48,117 nt of DNA from SAR324 cluster bacterium. GTDB lineage: Bacteria > SAR324 > NAC60-12. Each line of letters opens with the position of its first letter. The first letter of the stretch is position 1. The stretch covers positions 1-48,117 of the forward strand of contig JAESQU010000215.1 of the NCBI GenBank assembly GCA_016764995.1, written 5' to 3'. Made by a program: the position numbers and the translations under genes. The notes beneath the pieces are model-generated. The model saw only the letters and a list, made by a program, of their open reading frames with translations, had not been told where the DNA came from and searched no databases. Below, piece by piece: positions 28,423 to 37,709 of the stretch.

Positions 28423-29871
28423 GTGAAAATAATTGAAGGAAAAGTCCTCATAGACGGTAATTGGCAAGATCCTGAATCCGGAGAAACCCTGCCGGTAATG
28501 GATCCAAGTGACGGCAGCGAATTTGGACGCATAGCCAGCGGTTCAGCTGCGGATATCGACCGTGCCGTTCAGGCAGCTCAAAATGCGATGGACGGTGAAT
28601 GGGGCAAAACAATTCCCGTGGAACGCGGCCGTTTGCTACAAAAGTTGAGTTCACTGATATTGGAGAATGAAACTGAGTTGACAGAAATGGAAGCTCGGGA
28701 TGTTGGAAAACCCTTAACGCAAGCCCGTGTAGATGTCAGGGCCTGTGCCCGATATTTTGAGTTTTACGGAGGTGCAGCGGACAAAGTGCATGGTGAAACA
28801 ATCCCGTATCTTGAAGGCTATACCGTACTTACTCTCCGGGAACCACACGGTGTTACCGGACACATTATTCCCTGGAATTATCCACTTCAAATAATTGGAC
28901 GCACAATCGGTGGTGCTTTGACAATGGGTAACGCCTGTGTGCTTAAACCTGGTGAAGAAGCTTCACAAACAGCGCTGATGATTGGTGAATTGTCAAGGCA
29001 AGCAGGTTTTCCTCCGGGAGTTTTCAACATAGTTCCGGGACTCGGAGAAGTTGCAGGAAATGCTCTCATACATCATTCCGGAGTAAACCATCTTTCTTTC
29101 ACAGGCTCCACAGAAGTTGGAGCTTTGGTTCAGCAAGCTGCCGCAAAAAACGCGATTCCGGTTACTTTGGAACTGGGCGGAAAATCTCCGCAAGTAGTTT
29201 TTGCCGACGCTGATTTGGAAAAAGCATTGCCTTTTCTGGTCAATGCCAGCATTCAGAATTGCGGACAAACCTGTTCCGCCGCCAGCAGGGTTTTGGTGGA
29301 AAGTTCAATTTACGAAGAACTAACGTCCCTTCTGGAAAATAAATTCAAAGAGCTGCGCGTCGGTCCTGCATTCCGGGATTTAAATTGCGGTCCGCTGATC
29401 AGTCCGGAACAAAAAAAACGGTTGGAAAAATTTTTAGCTCAAGCAAGAGCAGACGGATTAAACATTTCCGCAGAAGGTAAAATAATGGAGGATGCGCCTT
29501 CCGGAGGAAATTATGTAAAACCGATGCTGATCCGGGATGTACCTCCGGATCATGCTGTGGCGCAGGAAGAATTGTTCGGACCCGTGTTGGCGGTGATGCC
29601 GTTTGAAGATGAAGACGAAGCTGTCAAATTGGCAAATGGGACCCCTTTTGGTTTAGTTTCCGGAGTCTGGACAAGAGACGGCGCGCGCCAATTCAGGATG
29701 GCAAAAAGGATTAAATCCGGACAAGTTTTCATCAACAACTACGGTGCGGGCGGAGGAGTCGAATTGCCTTTCGGTGGAGTGAAACTCAGCGGTCACGGAC
29801 GTGAAAAAGGGTTTGAAGCGCTTTACGGTTTTTCTGTCACCAAAACAATTGCCATTCATCACGGAGAATAA
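28423..29871 (+). CDS. Aldehyde dehydrogenase
   Basis: IIPWNYP, FTGSTEVG, LELGGKSP, NCGQTCSA (catalytic Cys), EELFGPV, PFGGVKLSGHGREKG. Confidence 0.96.
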   Translation: MKIIEGKVLIDGNWQDPESGETLPVMDPSDGSEFGRIASGSAADIDRAVQAAQNAMDGEWGKTIPVERGRLLQKLSSLILENETELTEMEARDVGKPLTQARVDVRACARYFEFYGGAADKVHGETIPYLEGYTVLTLREPHGVTGHIIPWNYPLQIIGRTIGGALTMGNACVLKPGEEASQTALMIGELSRQAGFPPGVFNIVPGLGEVAGNALIHHSGVNHLSFTGSTEVGALVQQAAAKNAIPVTLELGGKSPQVVFADADLEKALPFLVNASIQNCGQTCSAASRVLVESSIYEELTSLLENKFKELRVGPAFRDLNCGPLISPEQKKRLEKFLAQARADGLNISAEGKIMEDAPSGGNYVKPMLIRDVPPDHAVAQEELFGPVLAVMPFEDEDEAVKLANGTPFGLVSGVWTRDGARQFRMAKRIKSGQVFINNYGAGGGVELPFGGVKLSGHGREKGFEALYGFSVTKTIAIHHGE

Positions 29872-29872
29872 A

Positions 29873-30619
29873 ATGCGTCTGCAGAATAAAATTGCACTTG
29901 TTACTGGAGCCGGTTCGGGATTCGGACGCGGTATTGCCACTCGTTTTGCCCAAGAAGGAGCAAAGGTAGTCATCGCGGATATTAACGAGCAAACAGCCAA
30001 AAAGGTTGCCCGTGACATTGGTGACAGTGCGATTGCGGTTGTTGCGGATGTTAGTGAAAATTCGGATGTGGAAGCAATGATTCAACAAACTGTTGAACAA
30101 TGGGGACGACTTGATATTTTGGTAAATAACGCCGGAACCACTCATCGCAACAAACCCATGACAGAAGTCACTGAGGAGGAGTTTGACAAGATTTTTGCAG
30201 TCAATGTTAAATCGGTTTTTCTGACGGCAAAACACGGAGTGCCGCTGATGAAAAAACAGGGGCACGGTGCAATCCTCAATGTCGCTTCTACAGCAGGTCT
30301 GCGTCCACGTCCGGGGCTGGCATGGTACAACACTTCAAAGGGCGCGATGATCACTGCGACTAAAGCCATGGCGATTGAGTTGGCTCCGGACAAAATTCGC
30401 GTCAATGCGATCAATCCGGTAGCAGGTGAAACGGGAATGCTGCATCTTTTTATGGGAGAAGATACTCCTGAAAAACGGGCTCAATTCGTTTCCAGTATTC
30501 CCTGGGGGCGTTTGAGTCTTCCGGAAGATATGGCAAATGCCGCTCTCTTTTTGTGTTCAGATGAAGCTGACATGGTGACAGGAACCTGCATGGAAGTTGA
30601 TGGCGGACGCTGTATTTAA
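29873..30619 (+). CDS. Short-chain dehydrogenase/reductase (FabG-like)
   Basis: TGAGSGFG, LVNNAG, YNTSK (YxxxK), VDGG; ATG lies just after the aldehyde dehydrogenase stop. Confidence 0.95.
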   Translation: MRLQNKIALVTGAGSGFGRGIATRFAQEGAKVVIADINEQTAKKVARDIGDSAIAVVADVSENSDVEAMIQQTVEQWGRLDILVNNAGTTHRNKPMTEVTEEEFDKIFAVNVKSVFLTAKHGVPLMKKQGHGAILNVASTAGLRPRPGLAWYNTSKGAMITATKAMAIELAPDKIRVNAINPVAGETGMLHLFMGEDTPEKRAQFVSSIPWGRLSLPEDMANAALFLCSDEADMVTGTCMEVDGGRCI

Positions 30620-30664
30620 ATTAATGTTTCAAAAACAAATCCAATTTTTTCAGTCACGTATCTG

Positions 30665-30729
30665 ATGATGCCTTCATAAAAAATCATCTAACCATGTCCG
30701 TTGCTTACGCAACGAGAAATTTTGCATGA
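30665..30729. repeat. Dispersed intergenic repeat, copy 1 (contains hairpin CGTTGC-TTAC-GCAACG)
   Basis: About 48/65 identities to 39317-39380 by manual alignment. Confidence 0.6.
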
Positions 30730-30850
30730 GTTAAAATCTCATATTTATCAGATTTTTCCCTATGGTCGAAATAACTGTGTTTATTCAAGATTTTTCAAGA
30801 GAACGTCAATGACAATTTAATAAATTTATTTTAACTTCGCGAAATTCTGT

Positions 30851-31471
30851 ATGTCCAACAACAAAAAAATGACTGTCGTCTGTCTCGATTTTGAAGGTGT
30901 TTTGATTCCAGAAATATGGAAAGGTTTGGCGAGTATCAGTCAGATTGATGAGTTGAATCTTACAACGCGTGATATTGCCGATTACGATGAATTGATGCGA
31001 CATCGTTTGAAAATTTGTGATCGGCACAAACTAACACTTAAGGACATTCATAAAGTAGTTGAACAAATAGAACCGTTGGAAGGCGCAGTTGAATTTTTAA
31101 CTTGGTTGAGGACACGTCATGAAGTGATAATCCTTTCTGATACTTTCAGAGAATTTATCGAGCCGTTGTTGCATAAACTGCAATACCCAACGGTATTTTG
31201 TCATTCACTGGAACTCGATGATGATTTGCGAATTGTCGATTATTGCCTCCGACAAAAAGATCAAAAAAGACATGCGGTAAAAGCTTTGAAAAATCTGAAT
31301 TATCATACCGTTGCAGTTGGAGATTCTTATAACGATATCAGTATGCTGAAAGAAGCAGATCATGGAATTTTTTTCCGCCCCACTAATAAAATCACCTCAG
31401 AGTATCCATCATTCCCTGTGACACATGAATTTGAGATGCTGAAAACTGAACTAGAACGGATTGTAAAATAA
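30851..31471 (+). CDS. thrH: Phosphoserine phosphatase / homoserine phosphotransferase ThrH
   Basis: CLDFEGVLIPEIW, TTRDIADYDELM, ILSDTF, GDSYNDISML. Confidence 0.95.
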   Translation: MSNNKKMTVVCLDFEGVLIPEIWKGLASISQIDELNLTTRDIADYDELMRHRLKICDRHKLTLKDIHKVVEQIEPLEGAVEFLTWLRTRHEVIILSDTFREFIEPLLHKLQYPTVFCHSLELDDDLRIVDYCLRQKDQKRHAVKALKNLNYHTVAVGDSYNDISMLKEADHGIFFRPTNKITSEYPSFPVTHEFEMLKTELERIVK

Positions 31472-32370
31472 TGCGTAAAAAAGGATTCAGGATTCAAAAG
31501 GGAAAAAATAAACGGCAACAGTTCGAAAGAGAGCGTATAATTCTGACTGCGAACAAAGAAGGTAAAGGCGGAAATGCCGGGGGAACATCGAGTGAATTGC
31601 TCTATGGGATTCTTCCTGTACTTGGCGCGTTGCAGCATCGACGGAGAAAACTGGATCACCTCTACTTGAAATACAATTCGGATACTTCAGAACGCCTGAG
31701 AGAAATCCGGATGCTTGCTGATAAAATTCAACTCAAAGTTAGTGAAGTTCCTATAACTGAACTTGCTGAAATGTGTCCGGATACTGTTCATCAAGGTGTG
31801 GTGCTGCGTTGCAGGGCTTTGCCTGTCTCCTCATGGTCTGATCTTCCCAGAACCGCAGAAGGTCAACACACTTTAATTGTTGCGCTTGATCAAATTGAGG
31901 ATCCACATAATTTGGGTGCGATTCTTCGATCATGCGGGTTTTTTAATGTGAACGCGGTGGTCGTGCCGCAGGATCATTCTTCCGGTCTCACTCCCACAGT
32001 CTCAAAATCATCGGCTGGTGTATCAGAATGGTTTCCTGTAATATCAGTCCCTAACCTGGCCAGATTTCTTCAAGAACAAAAATCTAAAGGGCTTTGGGTG
32101 GTGGGTCTTGATGGAGAAGCTACTGAAAGTGTGGCGAATCTTGTACGAGACAGACCGTTGATTTTGGTGCTGGGTAACGAAGGTCGCGGTTTGCGTCAAC
32201 TTATCCGGAAACGTTGCGACTGGCTTGTGCGTATTCCTGGGAATCCGCAAGTATCTTCTTTAAACGTCAGCAATGCCGCCGCAGTATCGCTCTACCACTT
32301 GTCACATAAAAATATGGAAACGTCATCCAGTCATCTCAAAAATTCACGCAAAACTTGTGACCGATTTTGA
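31471..32370 (+). CDS. rlmB: 23S rRNA Gm2251 methyltransferase RlmB
   Basis: HQGVV, LDQIEDPHNLGAILRS, VSKSSAG, LGNEGRGLRQL, SLNVSNAAAV. Confidence 0.93.
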   Translation: MRKKGFRIQKGKNKRQQFERERIILTANKEGKGGNAGGTSSELLYGILPVLGALQHRRRKLDHLYLKYNSDTSERLREIRMLADKIQLKVSEVPITELAEMCPDTVHQGVVLRCRALPVSSWSDLPRTAEGQHTLIVALDQIEDPHNLGAILRSCGFFNVNAVVVPQDHSSGLTPTVSKSSAGVSEWFPVISVPNLARFLQEQKSKGLWVVGLDGEATESVANLVRDRPLILVLGNEGRGLRQLIRKRCDWLVRIPGNPQVSSLNVSNAAAVSLYHLSHKNMETSSSHLKNSRKTCDRF

Positions 32371-32556
32371 GCTAGGAAATTGAAACAATTTTTAACAAAA
32401 CTAGACAGAATTCACAAATTATCAAAACAAATTGAGAAGCTTTAATCACGACTTTGACGCAGTATCGTAAGTCGTTGAGTCAAGAATGTGTAACGGGGGA
32501 GTTGCGGATAAGCTGCCAAAGTTGAAACTTGTATTAAAAAAAATTAGGCGCTGTAA

Positions 32557-32850
32557 TCAAGCGAACGCTACTATTTTTTCAAGTTCTCCGGATTCGCTTT
32601 CTTTGATCAGGTCAATGTCATACTGTGTTTGGAGGCGCAGGAAATATCCTTCGGAAAGACCAAAAGATTTAGCCAGCCTCAAGCCGACTTTTGGGGAAAT
32701 CCGTCTTTTTCCTCTGAGAATTTCACTGATTGTCATATTAGAAATTCCAGTGTTTTTGGCCAATTTATAGGCACTCAGTCCCAGAGGAATCATAAATTCT
32801 TCCTTCAAGAAGATTCCCGGACATTCTAAAGGTATCAACTTTTTTGCCAT
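32557..32850 (-). CDS. higA: HigA-family antitoxin (HTH)
   Basis: PGIFLKEEFMIPLGLSAYKLA...ISEILRGKRRIS...LRLAKSFG...LRLQTQYD. Confidence 0.93.
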   Translation of the reverse strand: MAKKLIPLECPGIFLKEEFMIPLGLSAYKLAKNTGISNMTISEILRGKRRISPKVGLRLAKSFGLSEGYFLRLQTQYDIDLIKESESGELEKIVAFA

Positions 32851-32859
32851 TGCTTCCTT

Positions 32860-33141
32860 TCAATGATAGTCAACGATTTCTACGAAACAGGCGTTTCCGT
32901 TTTTCCATTCAAAACAAATTCTCCATTGCTGATTTATCCGGATGCTGTTTTGCCCCGCCCGGTCTCCTTTGAGCCGTTCTAAATGGTTAGCAGGTGGTAT
33001 CTTTAAATCATTTAAAGAATCTGCTACTTGCAGAGAGATCATTTTTCTTCTGGCACGAGACTGAATAATATGCGGAAACTTTTTGGAAAATTCGCGATTC
33101 CAGATTTTTTCTGTTTCCTTACAGCGAAATGACTCAATCAC
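32860..33141 (-). CDS. higB: HigB/RelE-family toxin
   Basis: IESFRCKETEKI, DLKIPPANHLERLKGDRAGQNSIRINQQWRICFEW, VEIVDYH. Confidence 0.95.
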   Translation of the reverse strand: MIESFRCKETEKIWNREFSKKFPHIIQSRARRKMISLQVADSLNDLKIPPANHLERLKGDRAGQNSIRINQQWRICFEWKNGNACFVEIVDYH

Positions 33142-33185
33142 GTATTGTTAATCCACCTTCTGTTTGACGTAATTATATTGGATAA

Positions 33186-33214
33186 ACCTTAACACTAGGC
33201 AATAGTATTGTCAA
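33186..33214 (-). promoter_or_regulatory. Sigma70 promoter of higBA
   Basis: Minus strand TTGACA (33214-09), 17-bp spacer, TAAGGT (33191-86). Inverted GTTTGAC/GTCAAAC arms at 33163-69 and 33210-16. Confidence 0.6.
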
Positions 33215-33632
33215 ACGATAATAGATATTTTCTTATAGCAAGATAAAAGTCCATGGAATTTTCAAGGGGTAAGTCAACGGCTATATTCAAGACGCTTACA
33301 CCATCCGCACACTATACGAAGATCTCGGTGATTCCATATACATTGACCAGAGAGCAATTTTTGACATCATGACGTTTAACGTGATTCAGAAAGAACTTGA
33401 AAAGGTTGGAGTATTACAAAAGAGCCCCCCCTTCATAAACCAGTTGAAAAAATACCTACGATAACTCTCCTGTTAAATATTTTGCAGGGATATTGCACTA
33501 CGAAAAAAGTCAATATCTGCAGAGATCAACTGACAGTTTGACATTTTGCTTTAATTTTCATCTGGTTTTGATGCAGTTAATCGTTAACTGGCTAAAACGG
33601 AACAAATTTAAAAATAACACCAAAAAAGAAAT

Positions 33633-34073
33633 ATGCCTCGTTTTAGTCTGGAGACGGCCCTGAAAGTACGGGAGCGTCTTGAAAAACTCTACCAGAAAGC
33701 ACTTGCGGAACAGGTGCAACTTGAACAGCAGCATAGAAATAGAAAAAAACTGATGCAGGATGCTTTAGAGATACATAACAATGATTTAGACAAAGCGAAA
33801 ACAGATGGTGTGACATTAAATCAACTCTTAATGGGAGGACATTTTCAGCAGAGAATTAAACAACATTTGGAGCTCACGCAAGATCAACTGAACGAGCAAC
33901 TGGAAGTTGTAGAATTGAAACGTCACGAATTAACTCAAGCAACACAAAAAAAGCGGGTGCTGGAAATTCTAAAGGAAAAAGAAATCCAAAAATTCAAAGA
34001 TGAAACGGAACGTCTGGAACGTTTGGAGGCGGATGAAATTGCCCAGAATTATAGACGATATACTCAGAACTAA
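33633..34073 (+). CDS. fliJ: Flagellar export protein FliJ
   Basis: FSLETALKVRERLE...LTQATQKKRVLEILKEK...EADE; size and position fit. Confidence 0.88.
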   Translation: MPRFSLETALKVRERLEKLYQKALAEQVQLEQQHRNRKKLMQDALEIHNNDLDKAKTDGVTLNQLLMGGHFQQRIKQHLELTQDQLNEQLEVVELKRHELTQATQKKRVLEILKEKEIQKFKDETERLERLEADEIAQNYRRYTQN

Positions 34074-34138
34074 TCAAAATATTGCCTGGATTAAAAGAAT
34101 TATCGAACATATCAATATTGCTTCACAACAGAAATATC

Positions 34139-34738
34139 ATGAATAAAATATTAAATATTATCAATAAATTCAAATTCTTATATTTATTTATTGGAATTGT
34201 AATGCTGGCAAGGCCCGCTTATAGCATACCAACAAGCATCGACGAATTGAAACAATCCATCGGTGCTCTCTGTGCGGATTATGGAATTGAATTTTGTGCG
34301 GTTGCAGTGGATGTCAAAAAGAAAGCAAAGAAACCTCGAAAGTTTACAGAGACCGAGAAAAAAATTCTGACAAGGCTTGCTGAACAGCAAGAACGTTTAC
34401 GTTTGAGAAGTTTGGAATTGGATCGGAGAGAGGGACAGCTCAAGACACTTCAGGAAGATATTCAACGTCAAGTCACTTTGTTGGAAAAGCTGCAGCAAGA
34501 GATTGAAAAGGATATAGCTAAAAAGAAAATACAAGACAATGCGCAGCTAATAAAGGCTGTTGCCTTATATTCAAAAATGGATGCGGCAATTGCAGCACAA
34601 TCACTGGCAAAACTTGATAGAAAAACTGCTGTTAACATCCTGAAACAAATGAAAGAAAAACAAGCGTCATTAGTACTTTCCAGTATGGGGGCAGCTGAAT
34701 CTGCCAGCATTATAGAGGCAATAACAAGAAAAAAATGA
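34139..34738 (+). CDS. motE: MotE-family flagellar protein (MgtE N-terminal-like domain)
   Basis: Signal/TM, coiled coil, LYSKMDAAIAAQSLAKLD...ILKQMKEKQASLVLSSM; lies between fliJ and fliK. Confidence 0.8.
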   Translation: MNKILNIINKFKFLYLFIGIVMLARPAYSIPTSIDELKQSIGALCADYGIEFCAVAVDVKKKAKKPRKFTETEKKILTRLAEQQERLRLRSLELDRREGQLKTLQEDIQRQVTLLEKLQQEIEKDIAKKKIQDNAQLIKAVALYSKMDAAIAAQSLAKLDRKTAVNILKQMKEKQASLVLSSMGAAESASIIEAITRKK

Positions 34739-34745
34739 GATTGAG

Positions 34746-36788
34746 ATGATGGAACCAATTGGACAAAAAGCTGTTATGCCCACGACTGAAGAGGCAATAG
34801 TTGTTGCAAGTGAGTTGGAAGCAGATTCCGGAGAAAGTGGTGAGGATGGAATTTTTGATACTACTCTGAAAGAAATGCTGGCAGAAATTCCTCTGGAGGA
34901 AAACCTGCTTGAAGAATTGCTTGATGAAGATGGCTTGTCTGCCTCACTAAATTCTGCCATCCTGACCCAAAATCAGCTGGATACAGCAGTTGTTGATGCT
35001 AATTTTGGTGCAGTCGATAGCTCGACGATGCCCCTGGAAATGCTTGGAGACGATCTTTGGAAAGAAGATTTATCTTCATTAAAGACTCAGGTGTTGCAAA
35101 AATCAACTCCAATTGCAACAGAATTGATTGAAGTGCTTGATCCGAGGTTTGCCATCGAAGAAAGTAATTTTGAGATTCTTCCGGAAAAAGGTATCGCCGA
35201 AACGGGACTTCAAAACTTATTACAGGAGTCAGATACTGACTCATCCGGAAGTTTGCTGCAATCAGTATTTCATAATGCAAATCCTTCTCAAGCTGCCGGC
35301 GAATTTTCAGCAGATAATCTGCAGAATGTCTTACAAAAAAACGTCAGCCAGTCAATTCAATTGGGACCAGGTGAGATGGAAAATGAGGCGGAGTTCACCA
35401 CAAGTGACCTGAAAATAATCCTGCAAAAAACGGCCAGTCAGTCATTTCAACTGGAAGGTGAGTATGAAATTTCAAAAAGTGATCTTCTACCTGAGACGCA
35501 AAAAAATACTGTTCAACCGCTCAAACTTCAAGACGATAATGTCCTTGTACAAGATCTCAAATCAGTTCTGAAAAATCAGGAAGAAAGTCTTCAAGAGGAT
35601 TTACAAACTGTTTTTCGGCATGGTTCACAGGAAGAAGCGGAAGAGTTTGAAAAACTTGGAGATGATAATCTGCAAAAACTTAAAAGGGCAGAAGTACCGC
35701 TCACTCCAGAAAAGATTAAATTGATGGAAAGCCTTAAAATTGTAGAAAAGTTTAAAGCAACAGATGAAATACAAGTAACAGTGAAAAGTGAAGAAACAAA
35801 AAATTTTCAAGGCAAAGTAAAAAACAACAATATTGAAGGCTTACAAGTCACAGATAAATTTAAGGTCACAGAAGAGTTTCGAGGTGGAACAATTTCAAAA
35901 GTCGCTGCCGGATTTCAAGCCACTGAGAAATTTAAAGTCGCAGAAGAATTTCTAGGCGGAGCAAAAGAAAAAACAGCTGAAGGTTTGCAAGTCACAGATA
36001 AATTTAAAGTCGCAGAAGAATTTCTAGGCGGAGCAAAATCAAAAGTGGCTACCGGCTTTCAAGCCACTGAAAAATTTAAAGTCACGGAAGAGTTTCAAAG
36101 CGGAGTGAAATCAAAAGTGGCTGAAGGTTTCCAAATGACTGGGATAGAAAATACGGGTGATATTTCTGAAAAGGCATCCATACGCCCTTTGAATCAGTTC
36201 AGGACATTGGAGTCTAATGAAACTCAACTTACAAGTAATGCCAAATCTACCATGGATTCAGCCACTCCTTCAGCAATTAATTCCCTCTCCGAAGTTTCCG
36301 GTACGTCGTTAGTCAAGGGAGGCGAAACTACAAAAACCGCAGCAGAGATTTTGCGAGGTACTGACCTTCCATTTAACATGGAGCAGGTAGTGAGTAGGGT
36401 CAGGATACTGCGCGGCAATGGTGTTGAAGAAATGACTCTACGATTACATCCGGAAGATTTGGGCCAAATTACTTTGAAAATCCGCCAATCCGGAGGAGAA
36501 CTCTCGATAGACATGCGCGTTGATAATTTTCTTGCAAAACAATTGGTGGAATCCGGATTTGATGCTCTCCGCAGCAAATTATTAGATCAGGATTTTTCTA
36601 ATCAGGATTTGGCTCTAAACGTTGATATAAACGAACGTGATGCACAATACAGTGGTAATCGAAATAATTCTGAGTTCGAAGAGGATTTGTTTTCTGCAGA
36701 GAGAGGGAGAAATGAAGAAGTTGCGGCTGTGGAAGAAACACCTCGTACTGAACGCAGGACTGATTCAGGACTCAATCTCTACGTCTGA
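34746..36788 (+). CDS. fliK: Flagellar hook-length control protein FliK
   Basis: Long acidic low-complexity N-terminus; C-terminal EMTLRLHPEDLGQITLKI...LRSKL; upstream of flgD. Confidence 0.9.
   Translation: MMEPIGQKAVMPTTEEAIVVASELEADSGESGEDGIFDTTLKEMLAEIPLEENLLEELLDEDGLSASLNSAILTQNQLDTAVVDANFGAVDSSTMPLEMLGDDLWKEDLSSLKTQVLQKSTPIATELIEVLDPRFAIEESNFEILPEKGIAETGLQNLLQESDTDSSGSLLQSVFHNANPSQAAGEFSADNLQNVLQKNVSQSIQLGPGEMENEAEFTTSDLKIILQKTASQSFQLEGEYEISKSDLLPETQKNTVQPLKLQDDNVLVQDLKSVLKNQEESLQEDLQTVFRHGSQEEAEEFEKLGDDNLQKLKRAEVPLTPEKIKLMESLKIVEKFKATDEIQVTVKSEETKNFQGKVKNNNIEGLQVTDKFKVTEEFRGGTISKVAAGFQATEKFKVAEEFLGGAKEKTAEGLQVTDKFKVAEEFLGGAKSKVATGFQATEKFKVTEEFQSGVKSKVAEGFQMTGIENTGDISEKASIRPLNQFRTLESNETQLTSNAKSTMDSATPSAINSLSEVSGTSLVKGGETTKTAAEILRGTDLPFNMEQVVSRVRILRGNGVEEMTLRLHPEDLGQITLKIRQSGGELSIDMRVDNFLAKQLVESGFDALRSKLLDQDFSNQDLALNVDINERDAQYSGNRNNSEFEEDLFSAERGRNEEVAAVEETPRTERRTDSGLNLYV
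35835..36137 (+). repeat. 72-bp (24-aa) tandem repeat inside fliK, four full units plus a partial one
   Basis: Units start at 35835, 35907, 35979, 36051 and 36123; consensus xGxQxTxKFKVxEEFxGGxKSKVA. Confidence 0.92.
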
Positions 36789-36800
36789 ACAAAGGTAACT

Positions 36801-37580
36801 ATGAAAACTGTAAACAACGTTGAACAAGCCCTGCAATTTAACGCAACGAGCTTGCGCAATCATGCGGCAAAAAGTAGCAATGACGGCAAAGAGCTGGGGA
36901 AACAGGATTTTCTTAATTTGCTGATGACACAAATGTCAAATCAGAATCCTTTGGATCCGATGGATTCAGAAGGAATGATGCAGCAATTAGCGGCTTTGGG
37001 CACAGTAGAACAGTTACAGAATCTCAATAGCCTGACGGCAAAGATGATGGAAGTCCAGCTACAAATTGCTCGCGCCACTGCAGGGAGCTTGTTAGGTAAA
37101 GATGTGGAAGTTGGCGCAAGAGAAATTCCATTGAATAACGGGGATACTATTCCGGTTACATACAAGTTGGATGGTAGCGCCGACCGAGTAATGCTGCTTG
37201 TACGTGATTCAACGGGTGAGATGATTCGTGAAATTAATCTCGAAAGCAGAGCAGAAGGCCCTCATGAATTTGCCTGGGATGGACGTGACAATGATGGTGA
37301 TCTGATGCCGAATGGAAGTTATAGCTACAATGTATTTGCCAGAACAGACGGTGGCGAAGAGATTGGTGTTACATTGACCAAGTCCGGACAAGTCTCAATG
37401 GTTCGTTTTGAAGGTAGCAACCCGCTGTTGAAAATCAATGGTGAGTGGGTGGAGGCCAAAGAAATAGTCGGCATGGCTAACAAAACTAATTTACGTTATC
37501 AAAACGCAATACCTTTACCAGCGAGAACAGAACTGATGACTCGTAAAACTCCGTATTGGAGTTCTAATAGTTCAGAATAA
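36801..37580 (+). CDS. flgD: Flagellar hook capping protein FlgD
   Basis: LGKQDFLNLLMTQMSNQNPLDPMD, QLA...VEQL, FAWDGRDNDG...PNGSY. Confidence 0.96.
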   Translation: MKTVNNVEQALQFNATSLRNHAAKSSNDGKELGKQDFLNLLMTQMSNQNPLDPMDSEGMMQQLAALGTVEQLQNLNSLTAKMMEVQLQIARATAGSLLGKDVEVGAREIPLNNGDTIPVTYKLDGSADRVMLLVRDSTGEMIREINLESRAEGPHEFAWDGRDNDGDLMPNGSYSYNVFARTDGGEEIGVTLTKSGQVSMVRFEGSNPLLKINGEWVEAKEIVGMANKTNLRYQNAIPLPARTELMTRKTPYWSSNSSE

Positions 37581-37709
37581 AACTGGTTGAAGCTTAGAGT
37601 TTAGCCTCGAACAAAGAGTATTAACTTTTAACTTTTTTCATAATATCTATGCGAAGCAATGGAATGTATCGCCTGATATCTTTTCTAATTCAGTTTAAGG
37701 AGAAATAAA

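Noticed and set aside
33470-33632. Sigma54 or sigma28 promoter for the flagellar operon
   Set aside because: No adequate TGGCAC-N5-TTGC or TAAA-N15-GCCGATAA match was found by eye.
35835-36137. CRISPR array
   Set aside because: The units are contiguous, in frame within fliK and have no unique spacers; no cas genes are present.
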